Part shown: piece by piece, positions 27,811-42,317 of the stretch | Numbering within the stretch: the stretch's first letter is position 1 | Layout of the letters: each line of letters opens with the position of its first letter | Source of the DNA: the human T2T-CHM13v2.0 reference genome, Homo sapiens | Strand: one strand, 5' to 3' | DNA: 64,000 nucleotides | Assembly: GCF_009914755.1 (NCBI RefSeq) | Contig: NC_060933.1 | The notes under the pieces: generated by a model | The model's database searches: none | Seen by the model: only the letters and a program-made list of their open reading frames with translations | Told to the model about the DNA's origin: nothing | Position numbers and translations under genes: made by a program

Positions 27811-30054
27811 TATCCTAACTATATTCTGAGAGTTGTTATTAAGTTCACTCAGTATAATGTTGCGAGGAGGGAAAAAGGTTCCATAGCCTAGAAACCACCT
27901 GATTTAGGGACCAGACTTCTGCGGGTTAAAGTCATAGCAGGGCTGCTGAAAGGGCCAATACAATGACCCCTGGTGAGGCTGCGCCTGTTGCTCCAGCCAC
28001 TCCATTGCCATGGTCAACATCCTGACCTGGGCTCTCATCTTCTTCAGGACCAGCAAATTAAAGCCTCCAAAAGGTCCCTCTCTCCTCATCCTAATCTACC
28101 TTAACAATGTTCCCAGGTAGACTTTCTAAACCCTCCCACAGCTCCCTGCTGCCTATCAAATGAAGTGTAAACTACTAGGTATCAACAGAAATCCTGTACA
28201 ACTACTTTTATCAGCCCACTTATTCAAGCACCTTAAGATCTGAACTACTCCTTGTCCCTCAAACAGTCCAGTACCTTCACTCTTCTAGCTTTGTTTATGC
28301 AGTCCCATCTCCCTTATTCAAGGCTCCATCCAAACCCACCCCATCTCCATTTCAGGGGTTTGTACAAACTAAGCATTGAAAAAGCAAAGGGCAAGAACAG
28401 TTTCTTAAAAATTGGAGACTGAAAGAGCAAATCCCTCCCTAAATGTGTACAAACTAGGTAACTTTTTTTTTTTTTTTTACTTTTTACAAATACATTTAAA
28501 CTATAAATTGGAAACACAAATAATCATGAGTGGCTCTAACTTGTTTTTCTATCCCACCAAGTATTTCAAACCAGAAGTAATTATGAAAGCATATTTTCAA
28601 GTTTTGACGCACTCCATCAGCCACCCTCACCCACTGAAATCTAAATTCCTATTATATGGTAAAAGGAAACCATCTACCTTTGTGAAAAGTTGTGTATTTT
28701 TATTTCAACAATCTATCACACTAACTACAAAACCCTGGAAGACAAGACAAATCCAAGCCTCTGGCCAGCAGGGTTATGGATATGGGCATGTGGAATTTGG
28801 GTCCAACTTCAGGAAAATGGCAAAATCAAAGGTAAATGCAGGAAAATTAAACAGATCTTGAAGAAGGCATTTAGAAGCACATCATGATTAAGTCGTGGAT
28901 CACCAGTGATCTTCATACTAACTAGAAAAGTTTAGGCAAACAGAAACGATAACATCTCTTAAAAGAATCATGGCTAGAGGCAAAGACAAGCTTATCTCTC
29001 AGGCTGGAAAGGTCCAGCCTAAACAGAGTGAACTTGGTCTCTACACTTATTTGCAACTAGAAGCTTTGAATACCCTGAGTATTCAAACACAGCACACCAG
29101 GACAGAATCAGCCCAGTACAAAGGCCTTCCTTCTGACCACATCAAACCTCTCCCTAAATGCCAAGTTACAGATGAACAGAAGACATTTGTCTCTAAAGTT
29201 TTAGAGCCAAACATACAAAACACAAACAAACAAACAAAAAACAAAACCAGGCATCACAACCTTTACCACACCATCCTTTGGGGAACTTGCAGCAGGGACA
29301 AAAGCACTCCAAAATTGGTGAAATAAGTCATATGAGCTTATAGATGACAGCTGGGTAGGCAGTCAAAGGGATCATCTGCCCGACACACACCATTCCTATA
29401 GCAAATGCTTTATCTTTCCCATTCAAATCACTAAGTGGTATTTTCAGGATATGTTTGTGGTTTCACTTAATTAAGCAAGAGAATAGTCAACCAAGTGCTA
29501 AAATCACAAGGCTAACAATGTCAGTTACAGGAACAAGCCATTAGTTTGTTTTCTTTAACTCTCTTTGCTTTGTGATTCCTAAAATAAAGGTTTGTAGCTT
29601 TAAATGTCAAAGGATTTATTCAATCTAGAATCCTTGTCAATTCTCCAGCCCACCCACATACCATGTTAGCTGTCTCACTAGCTCTACGAATTCCTCAAAC
29701 CCACATTTTCAGCCTTGGGGCTAACAACGGCCCAAGAACTTGCAGAGACAATGCACTGAACAGCTGCACGCGTCATAAGGAGAATGTTCTTTGGCAGCAA
29801 ACACTAACGTTTTTCTGTCTCTTGGCCCTTTATGACTTCTACGGACAAAGTACACAGTCTCCTTCATGCCAGTCTTTCTGAGGTTTTGTAGTTTCAGAGC
29901 TGGCAGGTTCAAAAGCTTTGAGGTTAGAGAGGTAAGATAATGAGTTTAGGGTCCCAAGTCCTTCTCTTCAGTCTAAGTCCATTACAGGTATCCAGTTTGA
30001 GCAATGGGAAAGTAAAGATCTGGCGAAAAAGATCTGCTTAAGTTTCATGTTTTG

Positions 30055-31230
30055 TTCATTCATCCATTCAACGAACATCTCCATGCAGCTCCCACGAATT
30101 CAGGAGAGTCCTGAGGTACAGCAATGAAGAAGCATCTTGGAGTGCTGATTTGCTGTGGATGGTGTGTGCAGAACATATACAAGTATGAACACATAGAAGA
30201 AAACAGTACATCAGCAATAAGTAAGAGTGCTGTGGAATACATATAGAGAAGAATAAGGGGGGTTGAAAATGTGGAGATGAAGACGGGTAGTTTCCAGCAT
30301 TAAACAAGCAGGCCTCAATGAAAAGGTGAGCTTTGAACCAAGGTTTGAAGGAGATATGGGCTGGCTGCTGTGATAGGAAGAAAAATCCCCTTCCCCTCAA
30401 TGTCTACATCCTACTCCCAGAAGTGTGAATATGTTATGTTACATGACAAGGGGGAATTAAGATTGTAGAATTAAAGCTGCTAATCAGCTCACCTTGAGAA
30501 AGGGAGATTATCCTTGGTTACTGAGGTGGGCCTAAGGTAATTACAAGGTTCCTTATAAGTGAAAGAGGAAGGTGAGACTGTCAGGGTGATGAAGCATGAG
30601 AAGAAATCGAAAGGACATTGCTGGCTTTAAATGGGGCCACCAGCCAAGGAATATAAGCAGCCTCTAGGAGCTGCAAAAGGCAAGGAAACAATCTCTCATA
30701 AAGACTCTGGGAGGAATGCAGCCCTGCCAACACTTTAATCTTAGCCCACTGAGAACCACTTTGGACTTCTGATGTTCTTCGGAATTTTAAGACAATAAAT
30801 CTTGTATTGTTTTAAGCCAGTAAATTTAAAGTAATTTGTTAGAGGTCTAACAGGAAGTAAAGACAGCCCCCATGGAGATATCTAGAAGAAAAGATTCTAG
30901 GCAGAGACCTGCCAGTGCAAAGCTTGTCTGCTGTGCAGAATGACAAGGAGATAACAGGGAGAGTAGGAGGAGATGAGTCTAAGAGGTAATGAGGCCGGAA
31001 CACATAGGGCCTTGAAGGCCACCATAACAAAAAAGGAAACTATAAAAGGTTTTCAGCAAAAGAGTAGCATGTGGCTACTGTGAAAATAAATTGTGTGTGG
31101 GTGTGCAGGAAGACTCAGTGAGTTTGGAAACAGACCAGTCAAGAAGCAACTGCAGCAATTCAGGTGCAGGATGACAGTGACTCCCACCAGGGTGAAGTTG
31201 GGGAGAAGTCATCAGATTCTGGATATACCC
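30055..31230 (-). mobile_element. L2 LINE remnant interrupted by an MLT1 LTR
   Basis: ttcattcatccattcaac is the reverse complement of the L2 3' end. L2-like sequence resumes after the LTR (catagggccttgaaggcc...gtcatcagattctggatat). Confidence 0.7.
30368..30850 (+). mobile_element. MLT1 (MLT1D-like, ERVL-MaLR) solo LTR
   Basis: tgtgaatatgttatgttacatgacaagggggaattaag...gagattatcc...gcagcctctaggagctgcaaaaggcaaggaaac...aataaat...gttttaagcc. Confidence 0.85.
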
Positions 31231-32553
31231 AGAAGAAAACACATTATTAAGGTGCTACATTTTAATTACATCAGTACACTGTTGAAATCCATTGTCAAAA
31301 AACTGGTTTAGATACTAACTGCTCACATTCCTACAAACCACCAAAACATTTACTATGCTCTGGACACTAAGAACACAAGATGAATAAGCAAAGGAAGAGA
31401 TTTTATGGACAGTTGTGCCTTAAAAGAAAATAAGGATATATATATAAATCTATATATAGATATATATAGGAAACCCAACATACAAAAATTTTGACTTTAT
31501 AAATATTAAATCCAGAGTTATTCACTTTATGGTTGGATATTCACTATTCACTTTATATTTGCTACTAAATGAATCCACTGCCAGCTTCTTAAAGAATCAA
31601 CTGATTCATTTAGGAGCAAATATAAAATCACAAATCAGTAGCTTAAAACATGCAACTACTACTAAACATAGTATATCAGAAAATTGATTTGTAATCTATG
31701 TGAGCCCCCTTAAAACTTTCAGAATTCAAAGTAAAATAGCTCAAAGCTCTCCCCAAAAGTTTAAAAACAAAGTGGATGAAGATTAGATTAAGTCACATTT
31801 TGTAAAATGGGAGTAAACTTTAAAATCTGTATTTTTCAACAGGGTCATTTATATACCTCTACAATAGTAAAGGTTAAGCCATGAGATAACTCTGTCTTGG
31901 TTATAGGCTGGAATACACTAAATCATTACCTTCTGGTGATGAATCATTCCAACCCCATTCTTTCATTCCAACCTAAGTGGACCCAATTAATTTCCATGCC
32001 ATTATTTGGCAATAGAATCTAAAAAGGGATATGAGTACAACAAGAATAAAATCAACTACTCCCTCAGTTTTGTGGCAGAGGTTTTGTTTGGTATAGGCAG
32101 ATTAATCTGAATTGCTAAATTAAGACAGTTAACATAGTAATCAACACAGAAATTGGATTAACTTCACATTCTTCTACAAAAGTCACAGCTATCAGGAACC
32201 CCCTCAGGGTAGTACAAATTGTGAAAGGCTGATTGGAAATCCTCAAATTAATCCCAGTAGTTGAGTGTTTTCATTAGGTAGGTTAAAAACATAGCTCTTC
32301 TGTTGGATACAGACACTAAAATACTCTGTCATGTACAAACTCCAAAGCAGAAAGAATGACTAATCTTAAAGGGAAAATAAAAGACAAGGAAGGTTTATGG
32401 ACAAAAATAATGTTTTTTAACTCACAAATGTTATAAAGGCCACAACACTCCTCCTGGCCAGTGAGGTTAACATTTTATTTTTCACTGTTATTTAGCAGGA
32501 CTTAGAGATAGAAAACCAAATGCTACACTGTTTAACCTCAAGCAGCTTACACC

Positions 32554-32576
32554 AAAAAAAAAAAAAAAAAAAAAAA
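32554..32576. repeat. A23 tract
   Basis: Direct read; no adjacent Alu body. Confidence 0.9.
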
Positions 32577-33948
32577 GGCATCTAAAATGTCAACCAACAA
32601 GATTTATTTCCTTAGTAACATTAGGAGGCTACAAATAAAGGGATGCCATCCCAGGGCACATAAATATCTTAGAATTCATTGATGTATTGTGGAGAGCAAA
32701 ACAAGGAGTCTAAAAACCTTGATCAATACAGACAGCTTCCTTCTGCTCTGAACTGTGGATCATCTCAATTACTGGTATTCACCTATGAAATGTGTTTTTC
32801 TTTTCTGTTGATGTGTAACGTCCTGAGATTCCCAAGACATGTATACTTGTGATTTAGAGACACAACTATGTTTTATTTACTATGGAAATTTGAGGCATCT
32901 TAAAAAAACAAGATTCACACCCTAAGATAGTAACTTTATTTCCTTTGGTCCACCTCTGCCTCTTGCTCCCCCAAAGACAGCTTTCTTTAAAAACCGACAT
33001 CCCAGCTAGAACAAAACACACCTAGGTACATCTGTGACTTTTTATGGTAATTAAGTTCCTGGTTATTTACTACATTTCAAGAAAAAAAAGTGGGGGAGGG
33101 GGAGAATTTACATTCAATGCAAGTGTTATTTTTATTCAGTGATTCCAAAGTGAGGAAAGGGTTGCTAAGGGCGAGAAGTATCTCAAGGAAATGTCTTGTT
33201 AATCTGCTACATAAGAATGTATATAAGAGTTAATAATGTTTTTCAAAAAAGTTAATGCTAGACACTATAGAACAGGTAAGGCCCTTCTTAGCCTCAGACC
33301 TTATCCACTTATATCCACATCAGGCACATACACCCAATTTCGAACAACCCCCTAACAGAGAAAGGGGTCAATATGCTTAGATTGATGACCTCACCATCTC
33401 ACCCAGCATAGAGCTTCCTCTTACTCCTACTTTTGTCAGACTTCCCGCTTTGCAAGTTGTCTTAGTATCATTCAAGTAAAGCACATTTGAAACGAACGCT
33501 TAAGGATCTCAAAAAGTAGGTGGGGCAAGTACCCCCATGTTACAGATGAAAAATGAAGCAAGTGTATGAGCATATATGTATATGTATAACCTGTATATAC
33601 ATTATACACACATATTCCCAAGTGTTGATGAGAAACATCTATCCCCCACAGGCTGAAGAGGAGAAGGGAGCACATACGCAATTACAGGCTACATTTTAAC
33701 AGGAAATTATTCTTAAGACTCAAATCACAAAAGCATTAGCCTTTGAATTATTTCCACTCTAGGAAGGAAAAGAGCAGGTAAAGGGGTCTGTTCTCTTTAA
33801 AAGCTTTAATTACATATACATATTTTGTCTGATAATGTCAAAGCACTTTACAAACTCTAAGGTGCCAAGTGAACAGAGGGTATTATCATTATTGCTGGAC
33901 AAAACAAGATGTCTCTTAAAATGTTAGCATAGAAAATTTGCTTATCTG

Positions 33949-34264
33949 GGCCTGGCGCAGTGGCTCACACTTCTAATCCCTGCACTTTGGGAGGCCGAGG
34001 CGGGCAGATCACGAGGTCAGGATATCGAGACCACCCTGGTTAACACGGTGAAACCCCATCTCTATTAAAAATACAAAAAATTAGCCGGACTTGGTGGCGG
34101 GCGCCTGTAGTCCCAGCTACACGGGAGGCTGAGGCAGGACAATGGCATGAACCCAGGAGGCAGAGCTTGCAGTGAGTCTAGATCGCACCACTGCACCCCA
34201 AGCCTGGGCAAAAGTGCGAGAGACTCCATCTCAAAAAAAAAAAAAAAAAAAAAAAAAGAAAGAA
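33949..34264 (+). mobile_element. AluY
   Basis: Y-type gatcacgaggtcagga-atcgagacc and ggttaacacggtg, long A-tail, perfect 18-bp TSD AGAAAATTTGCTTATCTG (33931-33948 and 34265-34282). Confidence 0.95.
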
Positions 34265-35281
34265 AGAAAATTTGCTTATCTGTCTTTTGGATTAAGCCTG
34301 TCAGTTTTTCTTCCCCCCACATCTAAATGGACAGCAAGGCTGCAGAGTCGTGTTGGGAGCCTTTTAACATGGAAAGGAAAGACTGTGGACAGAAAGTACA
34401 GTATGCAGACTTTTCCTAATCATGACTGTTAATTCCTGTCCTGGACTGCTGAAGCAGATGCTATGTTAAACTACATTTAGCACAGTCACAAACGGTGACT
34501 AAGGAAGTTAAAAATTTTTACTTGCAATGCTGCAATTTTTAACCCCAGACCTCCAAAGACTATGTTTAAATATACAGAGTACTAACAGCCCAAGTACTTC
34601 ACATTAGAATTACAGCCTTGCCTATTTTAATTTACCTTATTTTTAAAAGTGTGTGACCCCCACCCCCCTCCCCAACTCCCCATAAAAATACACATCTCCC
34701 ATCCTCTTTGAGCCTGCTTATGCTCAGGCTCTTGGAATTTTAATAAGATTAGAAATTGCTACCTCCTTATTCTGGCTAAGAACTCCAAAGATGATCCAGG
34801 CATCTTGTACTTATATTCAGATTTACAATACAGAGAAAACAAGAGTGTAGAAATCTAATCCACGATTATACCCTAGAATCTAGATTAATAATGTGTACAT
34901 TATGAGATCACATGGGATCAAGTTTCCACAATTAATGGATCAGGCAAATGATCCATGTATCTACATTCATACAAAATCATACACTCTCCTATCATCTTTC
35001 TCCTATCATGATCTTCAAAAATGACCTGAATTTAAACTGTGGCTTTAAAATCACATTTAATTACAAGAAAAATAGAAAAGGAACTTTCCGTGGGATTTGA
35101 GTATCTTTTGCTACAGTAAAGAAGTTCAGATGATCTCCCTGCCTTCTGGAGAATCCAACGAATCCTACAACTAAAAGTAAAAATAAATGGCAAGGGAAAG
35201 AAACTAGCAATTATTGATTCCTCTTTCCATGCCAGTCTCAAGCTAGATATTTACAAACAAAATCTTATTTAATCCTCTTGT

Positions 35282-35386
35282 GGAGCGGGCAAGGTGACTC
35301 ACGCTTGTAATTCCAACACTTTGGAAGGCTGGAGGACACCACTGCACTCCAGCTTGGGTGGCAGAGCAAGACCATGTCTCCAAAAC
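35282..35386 (+). mobile_element. Internally deleted Alu remnant
   Basis: The first ~50 nt of an Alu are joined directly to the last ~50 nt (caccactgcactccagcttgggtggcagagcaagac). Confidence 0.8.
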
Positions 35387-35414
35387 AAATCTTATGCACT
35401 ATAAGCTATATTAC

Positions 35415-36025
35415 ATTCTCTTCAATTTACAAATGAGAATTTCAAAACTTCAAGAGTTCACACAAGTATTAAGTGAGAAACTGGGATTTGAAATCAGTGC
35501 TGAGACCCCATCTAGAGCTTCCTAGCTGATCTCTCTATTTCCAGGCTTGCCCCTTTCTCCAATCCTTCCTCCATTCCACGGCTGTGGGGATCTAACTAAA
35601 ATAATGGGCAGCACTCCACTACTATCTCTTTTAAAGCTCTGCTCACTCCACGTTGCCTATGAAGTAACATCTCAGCTCCCTAGTGAGGCAGCTGACTTGA
35701 CCGAGCTCCTACCTCTTCATCCACATGCCCAGCACCCCCGCATCATATACACAAGCTCTAACAAGCTCCCAGTAGTTCTTCCCACTCCCAGTGTTTTCCA
35801 GTGTCACCCAACCTGTTTTCTCCACCTGCAACAGCCTACCTTTCTTCTCCTGCCTCATGGAAACATCCTCAGCACCGGAAGAGAGCAGACAAACCTCGAG
35901 GAAGCCTTCTGTGAACCACTCAGTTGGACCAGATAACTCTGTGTGCTCCTATATGCCTGACTCACCTTTATCTCCCCAGTAAAAAATATCAAGACAGATC
36001 CATAAAGAGAATGAATGCCATGAAT
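35415..36025. mobile_element. MIR remnant (-) followed by L2 3' remnant (+)
   Basis: atttacaaatgagaa...gggatttgaaatcag is MIR-like. The pyrimidine-rich L2-like segment ends in gaatgaatg. Confidence 0.5.
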
Positions 36026-36750
36026 TGTGATTCAAGGTGGCAAGTAAAAAACAACCCCCTTACTTATCCATGTGGTTTTATGTTCCCTGCCAAGTGGGAA
36101 AAATTTCCATTGCAACCCTGTATAGCTGGAGGAGCAGCCAAAGTCATCTCAGGTTGTTTATAAAGAGGAAGGTAGACTGTCAAGGGGAAAAAGGGGAAAG
36201 TAGGCTGTCAAGTCCTACCACTAACACACACATCTCTTTCCGCATATAGCTACTAATTCCATATTGTAAGCTCAAACTTCAAGTGGAATCAGCATTTTTT
36301 AATTCCTAGCTACAAGCCTTTGTTAAAACAATATAAACCTCAGGGAGGAACCAGGGACAGGTGTGTTCCATTGTCACCATCTCACAGTTCAAAATAAGCC
36401 AATCTCATCACCAATGTGTAAAATCAAGAGGAAACCTGAAGTTTATACTCTCTCCCCAACACAGCCAAGGTCTGGTGTGTAGAATACCAAAAAGAGGAGT
36501 AAAGAAACTCCCCAAGGCTAGAAAAGCAACATTCCTGATCTACTGCATGTACCAAGCGCTGTGCTCAGATGCTGGGAAAACAAAGATGTACAAAACCCCA
36601 CTCATTCCACCCCTCACGGAACTTCTCCAAAACACACCTGTGTCCTAAGAAGGTGTCCAAAGAAGTCAAACGCACACAAGGAAACCTTTAAGAACCCGCA
36701 GCCAGAAATAATCCCTTCTCTACCTGACCTATGCTAAATAGTTTGCTATC

Positions 36751-36774
36751 AAAAAAAAAAAAAAAAAAAAAAAA
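36751..36774. repeat. A24 tract
   Basis: Direct read; no adjacent Alu body. Confidence 0.9.
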
Positions 36775-39247
36775 GATGGCAAAATCACTGCTGCTATGGA
36801 AACTACCACTTCTAACTTCAATATTTGAGTGTGGACACGTATTTGAGAAGAAATGAGGCATTTTGCTTCCCAGTGTTTAAAGTGCTAAACAACAGGAGAC
36901 TGTGCACAGCATTGATACTGAACATTAAAGTGGACTTCTGCCTCACTAAGAAAATTTTAAATTATAAAGAAGAGCAGGCTGAAGTTTTCCTGATTTAGAA
37001 TTGCTCAGAGAGTTTTCCAGGTACCCATTTCCTGTTACAACTTCATCCTATGTAAAGTACAAGTTTCTTTAAAAGAACTCTCAGTAGAGTAGATTTAACA
37101 TGTAAATTGCTTAGCAGTAAATAGTCTTTAACTGTTGATAAAACTTTCAGGAAGTACCTACTAAGTACCAGGCAATATAGTCTACAGCAGTTAGGACTGC
37201 AATCTCTTTCAGATCGAGCTAAAAAGAAATTCTCGCTATCATCCACTACTTTAATCTGAGATGGGTATGAACAAAAAGATCCTTAAACCACTCTTCTAAA
37301 GGGAACCATGACCCTGAACCCAAATTTTTCAATTCTTCTGTGAAGAGTGTAGATCTACTCAAATGCCACTCTATCGCTCTATCTTAGACTATTTTAAAGA
37401 GTTCCTTGACGATTCTGAGTGCCAGTCTCTAGTTGAGAATCACTATAAGGGAAATAGATGGTTTAGAAACGTGCCCTTTCTATACCCTTCTGCCCCACCC
37501 AAGCATGCTTTTTACATCCATCCTTTGTCAGGCTAAAACCCAGGATTCACAACAAAGATCTGGAGACTGCAGGCCTTGGAATTGAGTTGAGTCATCAGGA
37601 CACTATTCTTTATTCTCCATTTCTAAAGAGCAAAAGTGGGAAACGGGGGGTATCATGAGGTAGAAGCAAGAACGGTAAATTAAAACTGAAGAAAACTTCC
37701 ACTGCACTGGAACAGTAATTAGACCAAATTTGCCTGCCATCAATTAAGGAAGAACAACTGCTCTGCATCGCTGGCTACCAAGACAGCAGTTAGTTCTCTT
37801 AAGTAACTTCTTGCTCTAACTGGAAAATGACCCATACTTTTACTTGCCAAGAATAAAGACAGCTGGCCTCCTACATTACAAATAACCAAAATGGAAACAA
37901 GTGAATCTTTTTTATCCACCAAGGTTGACTACACATTAACTAAGACCTATTCTAATAAACATGGCCAACATAAACAGCAGCAGCCAGGTGGCCACTCTGA
38001 ACATTCTTCCTGATACAAAGTACATCATATACCTAAGGGCATGGTGAACAAAACCCCCCAGAGTGGCTATGACCAGCAGGAAGAAAACATTGAGGGGATG
38101 GGAGTCAAAAGTCTACTTAAAGTATTAAGCATTCAAATAAATGGCAGAATCCGAGGGCCAGCTTGCAAAAACAAAAAATAAAAAGCCAACAATGGACTCT
38201 GCTTAAATAAATCACGTGCGAGGTTGAAAAGAAGGACAAAGGAAAAGTGGCAAGGGATAGACAAAAACAAGCAGATTCTGTAACTCTCCTCAACCTCCAG
38301 GCCAAAGTTCGGACTGGCAGCTAGCGGGTAGATTTAGCCTGAAAACATGTTACGTGGTTTCTCCAACGTCCTTAAAAACAAAACAAAACACAAACAAAAA
38401 CAGTAGTGTTCAACATTTAAAATTTCACCAATGTAACAATTTCACATTCATAAAACTATATTTCTGATTTCGCTTAATAAATAAAGTTTGGCAAGAGTCC
38501 ATATTCCCAGAGCTACTAGCCAGCAGGTTGCCCTATAAATGGGGTGCCTTCTTTCCAGCTCTCCCAATACAGCCTTAATGTTCCGGCCCCTGCAAGGGCT
38601 GGATTTTAAGTAAAAGAGTATCATAGCCTAAATGTCAAATGTGCTAAAGAGTATATGCTTTTCTACCATGATGGAGAGGTTCAGAATGTCAGAGTACTGG
38701 GGGAGGGAGGGGGTTTTCCAAGGTCATCTAAACTGAGGATCTTTAATTGTAGACCTAATCATCTGTGAAAATATTCTAATGAATATGCATAACAAAAAAT
38801 GAGGCAAAAAAGCATCAAGTCTGTGTCACTAAACATCCTAATATGACTGCCACAGACATTCAAAGCACTCTAAATAACTCATTTTGGCCTGTTTATACTA
38901 CTATGGATTTGGATTAGAAAGTCATCCTGTCCACAAAGAATTAGGTATATCCTGTCCCTTCTGGGGGCTGAGTTTGAGACAGTTAATTCAAACCTAATCA
39001 AATATTTTGCTATGAGAAAGAAGAGGAGGGGCCAATGAAGTGCTTTATCCCCAGGATGAGGCAGTGAGTAGGGCAGCACACAAAAAAGATAAAAATCACC
39101 TGGCACTACACCAGAAGCCCTTGAATTAACATTAAATTTCCAGGTTAACGCTCTAAAAACTGTCTCATGACAAACCACAAATTGTATTTTGGAGGTAAAA
39201 CAGGAGGTAAGTGGGGAAGGAACTGAAGGGTAAATAAGAGGTCTTAC

Positions 39248-39386
39248 TTCACACTTTTTCTGCTGCTTTTGGTTTACCCCAGTAGAATCCCATGAAAACC
39301 TGCTTCACACTGGCAAAGTGGGCAGACAGAGGAACAAAGGCAATTCCAGGGCCTGCAGAAAGTCTTCAAAGGCAAGGGAAGAAAGC
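39248..39386 (-). other. ELAVL2: Candidate alternative first (5' UTR) exon of ELAVL2 with a 14-codon uORF
   Basis: Starts about 30 nt downstream of the TATA box and ends at donor GAA|GTAAGA (39247). Contains an ATG at 39293 reading MGFYWGKPKAAEKV-stop. Confidence 0.55.
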
Positions 39387-39481
39387 AACGCCCTGCCTAA
39401 ACACTGGCTATTTATAGCACAGCAATGGAAGATCTGGGAGGTGGCTGAGGGAATATGAAAGCTAGAGAGTGGGTGGGCGGG
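39385..39481 (-). promoter_or_regulatory. Candidate internal alternative promoter (TATA box overlapping MEF2 site, upstream GC box)
   Basis: Minus-strand TATAAATA at 39416-39409 lies inside CTATTTATAG (39408-39417, MEF2 consensus CTA(A/T)4TAG). Sp/KLF-type GGGTGGGCGGG at 39471-39481. A splice donor follows about 140 nt after the predicted TSS. Confidence 0.6.
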
Positions 39482-39987
39482 CTTCCTTCTGGCTTCCTTA
39501 GACTCAGAAACTAATGCATTCTTCCCTGCCTCCAAAGCTGCTATTTTGTTTCCTGTGTAAGGTTTCAAAATACTGCAACACTGTCCCTAGGTGCATTTGA
39601 CAATATCAGAGCAATTACAGTTTGGTTAAAATCTGAAGGTAATCAACTCACCATTCTTTGCTATTCTCTAGAAAAAGAGGCCTGAACAAAGAGGAGGAGA
39701 CACCACCATCCAATTCATAAGGATGGTCTCCCAAAATCCCCTGAACTTTCACAGCGCGGAAAGTTTCTGTGATTTCAAGCAGAGACCAGGAGAAACTATA
39801 CTTTTCACCTCTTCTCATTAACTAAAAGCCACAGCTAAAAATAAAAAGCTGGAGCAATTCCAAAACTGTGGGTTTTATAGGGCACATTAAATTATTCCTT
39901 ATCAACTGCAAACCTTTAAGGTTGCAGAGTATTATGTTAATGCTATTGGCTTTTTCTTTTTTTTCCCCAGAATCGGTGATAGTGTTC

Positions 39988-39990
<3 letters not shown>

Positions 39991-40019
<29 letters not shown>
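39991..40019. repeat. A29 tract
   Basis: Direct read; no adjacent Alu body. Confidence 0.9.
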
Positions 40020-40021
<2 letters not shown>

Positions 40022-41445
40022 TCATGAACTTCCAAGTCCAATCTCTATTGCAAAGTAAAGTATGGGTTCCTAAATCTGCAGAGAATATCATCTATTCTAC
40101 AAAACCTCACACATAACTTAGGTTGATTCTCTTTTCCAGGACTGTATTATAAAACATTTTGAACTGAGAACAGATCAACAGTTGGTATTAATAGTAAATT
40201 ATAATAATCATTTTACACTTGTTTCCTAATCTCATGCATGAGATTCAAAAATAAGAAAGCAGTCTAACAACAGAGAATTTTCTAAACAGAATGTGAAGCT
40301 CTCACATTTATTCAAATATAAACACTAAAAAGTGTTTAGGGTTCCCCCTGGACATTCAATTGTTATTAACTCTTAAGATAAATTTCCAACTTAATAAACT
40401 TGGAAAATGGCTTTTTAAGCATATTTTCAATTTGTTGAAAGTTTATAATATTGAATCCTATGAGTCTTTTTATAATTATTTTCTTAGAAAATTTGTGGTC
40501 AATTTCCTGTGACCTTCGTAAAACTTAAACACACCTCTTAGCTCACATCCATAACTATGTTGGCTTATACCAACATTCTTCTTATATTCTTCATTAATGG
40601 TCAAGGTTAAAGAAATAAGAGTATTTGGTCTAAACTCAAATCAAATGATCATGTGTAACACACAGCAGCACCCAAAACATAAGCACTATTTTCCATAACT
40701 AAAACATCAGAACCTAAGGCATCCATTTATACCAAAATGAAGATTTTAGTTCAGCTCTTCAGGAGAGTTAAGACATGGCCAGGTAAATTAAGGCCAAAAA
40801 AGGGCAAGTCACAACACTATGTAGCATTCAGGAAATTTGGAGCAAATTTAAGCTTTCACATAAAACAGTCAGGGTTAGGAGTGGCCTCAGAGAAGCAATT
40901 ATCTCATTCCCAAGTCCCAGGCTAACAAACTAACAGGGATATGGAAAAAAAGACTAGAACGAAGGTAAAAGCCTACATAAAGTCCAAAGACAATCACTGC
41001 TGGTCCTAAATCTATTTCTTAATGATTCTGTGACCCTCAACAAGTTTGTTATGTTCATAACTTCCCTCATCTATTAAGAACAGATTTTTCTCACTCTGCT
41101 AGCGAACAGGGTTATTAAAAGAAATAAGTTATAACAAATTACAGATAAAAGAATGGCTTATAAAAAATTTCAGGCACTATACAAAGTAGGGTATTGTTCT
41201 CAAGGCACTAACCTTCTTGAGAATTGTTTTCTGCTTTCATGCTCTCCTAAAAACACATCTTTAATTTATGGTAAGGTCAAACTGCCATTATCACTGCAAC
41301 CTGAGAAATTCAAATTAATGGTCAAAGATACACATAAACACACACACTCCAGGCTTTGCTTTCTTCTTTCCCTCAAAAGGTCATGTTTTCACCAAACAGA
41401 TCAGGAATTCTACAATATACTACGTTCCAAGTACCAAATATTTAA

Positions 41446-42166
<721 letters not shown>

Positions 42167-42317
42167 TGAACAGCAGACGGTGATGTTTTAGTTGGCAATT
42201 TAAGAATCACACGCTATAGCTATTCCTGAAAAATTCAAAATCAAAGTACATCGTAAGCATTTGCTCAGAGGCTAGCATAGTGCTTAACGCAGAGTCTTAG
42301 CATTCTCAAAAACATGC

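Noticed and set aside
28412-29326. 149-aa and 118-aa plus-strand ORFs
   Set aside because: No recognisable domain, they cross homopolymer or simple repeats, and they lack exon signals; such ORFs are expected by chance in 64 kb.
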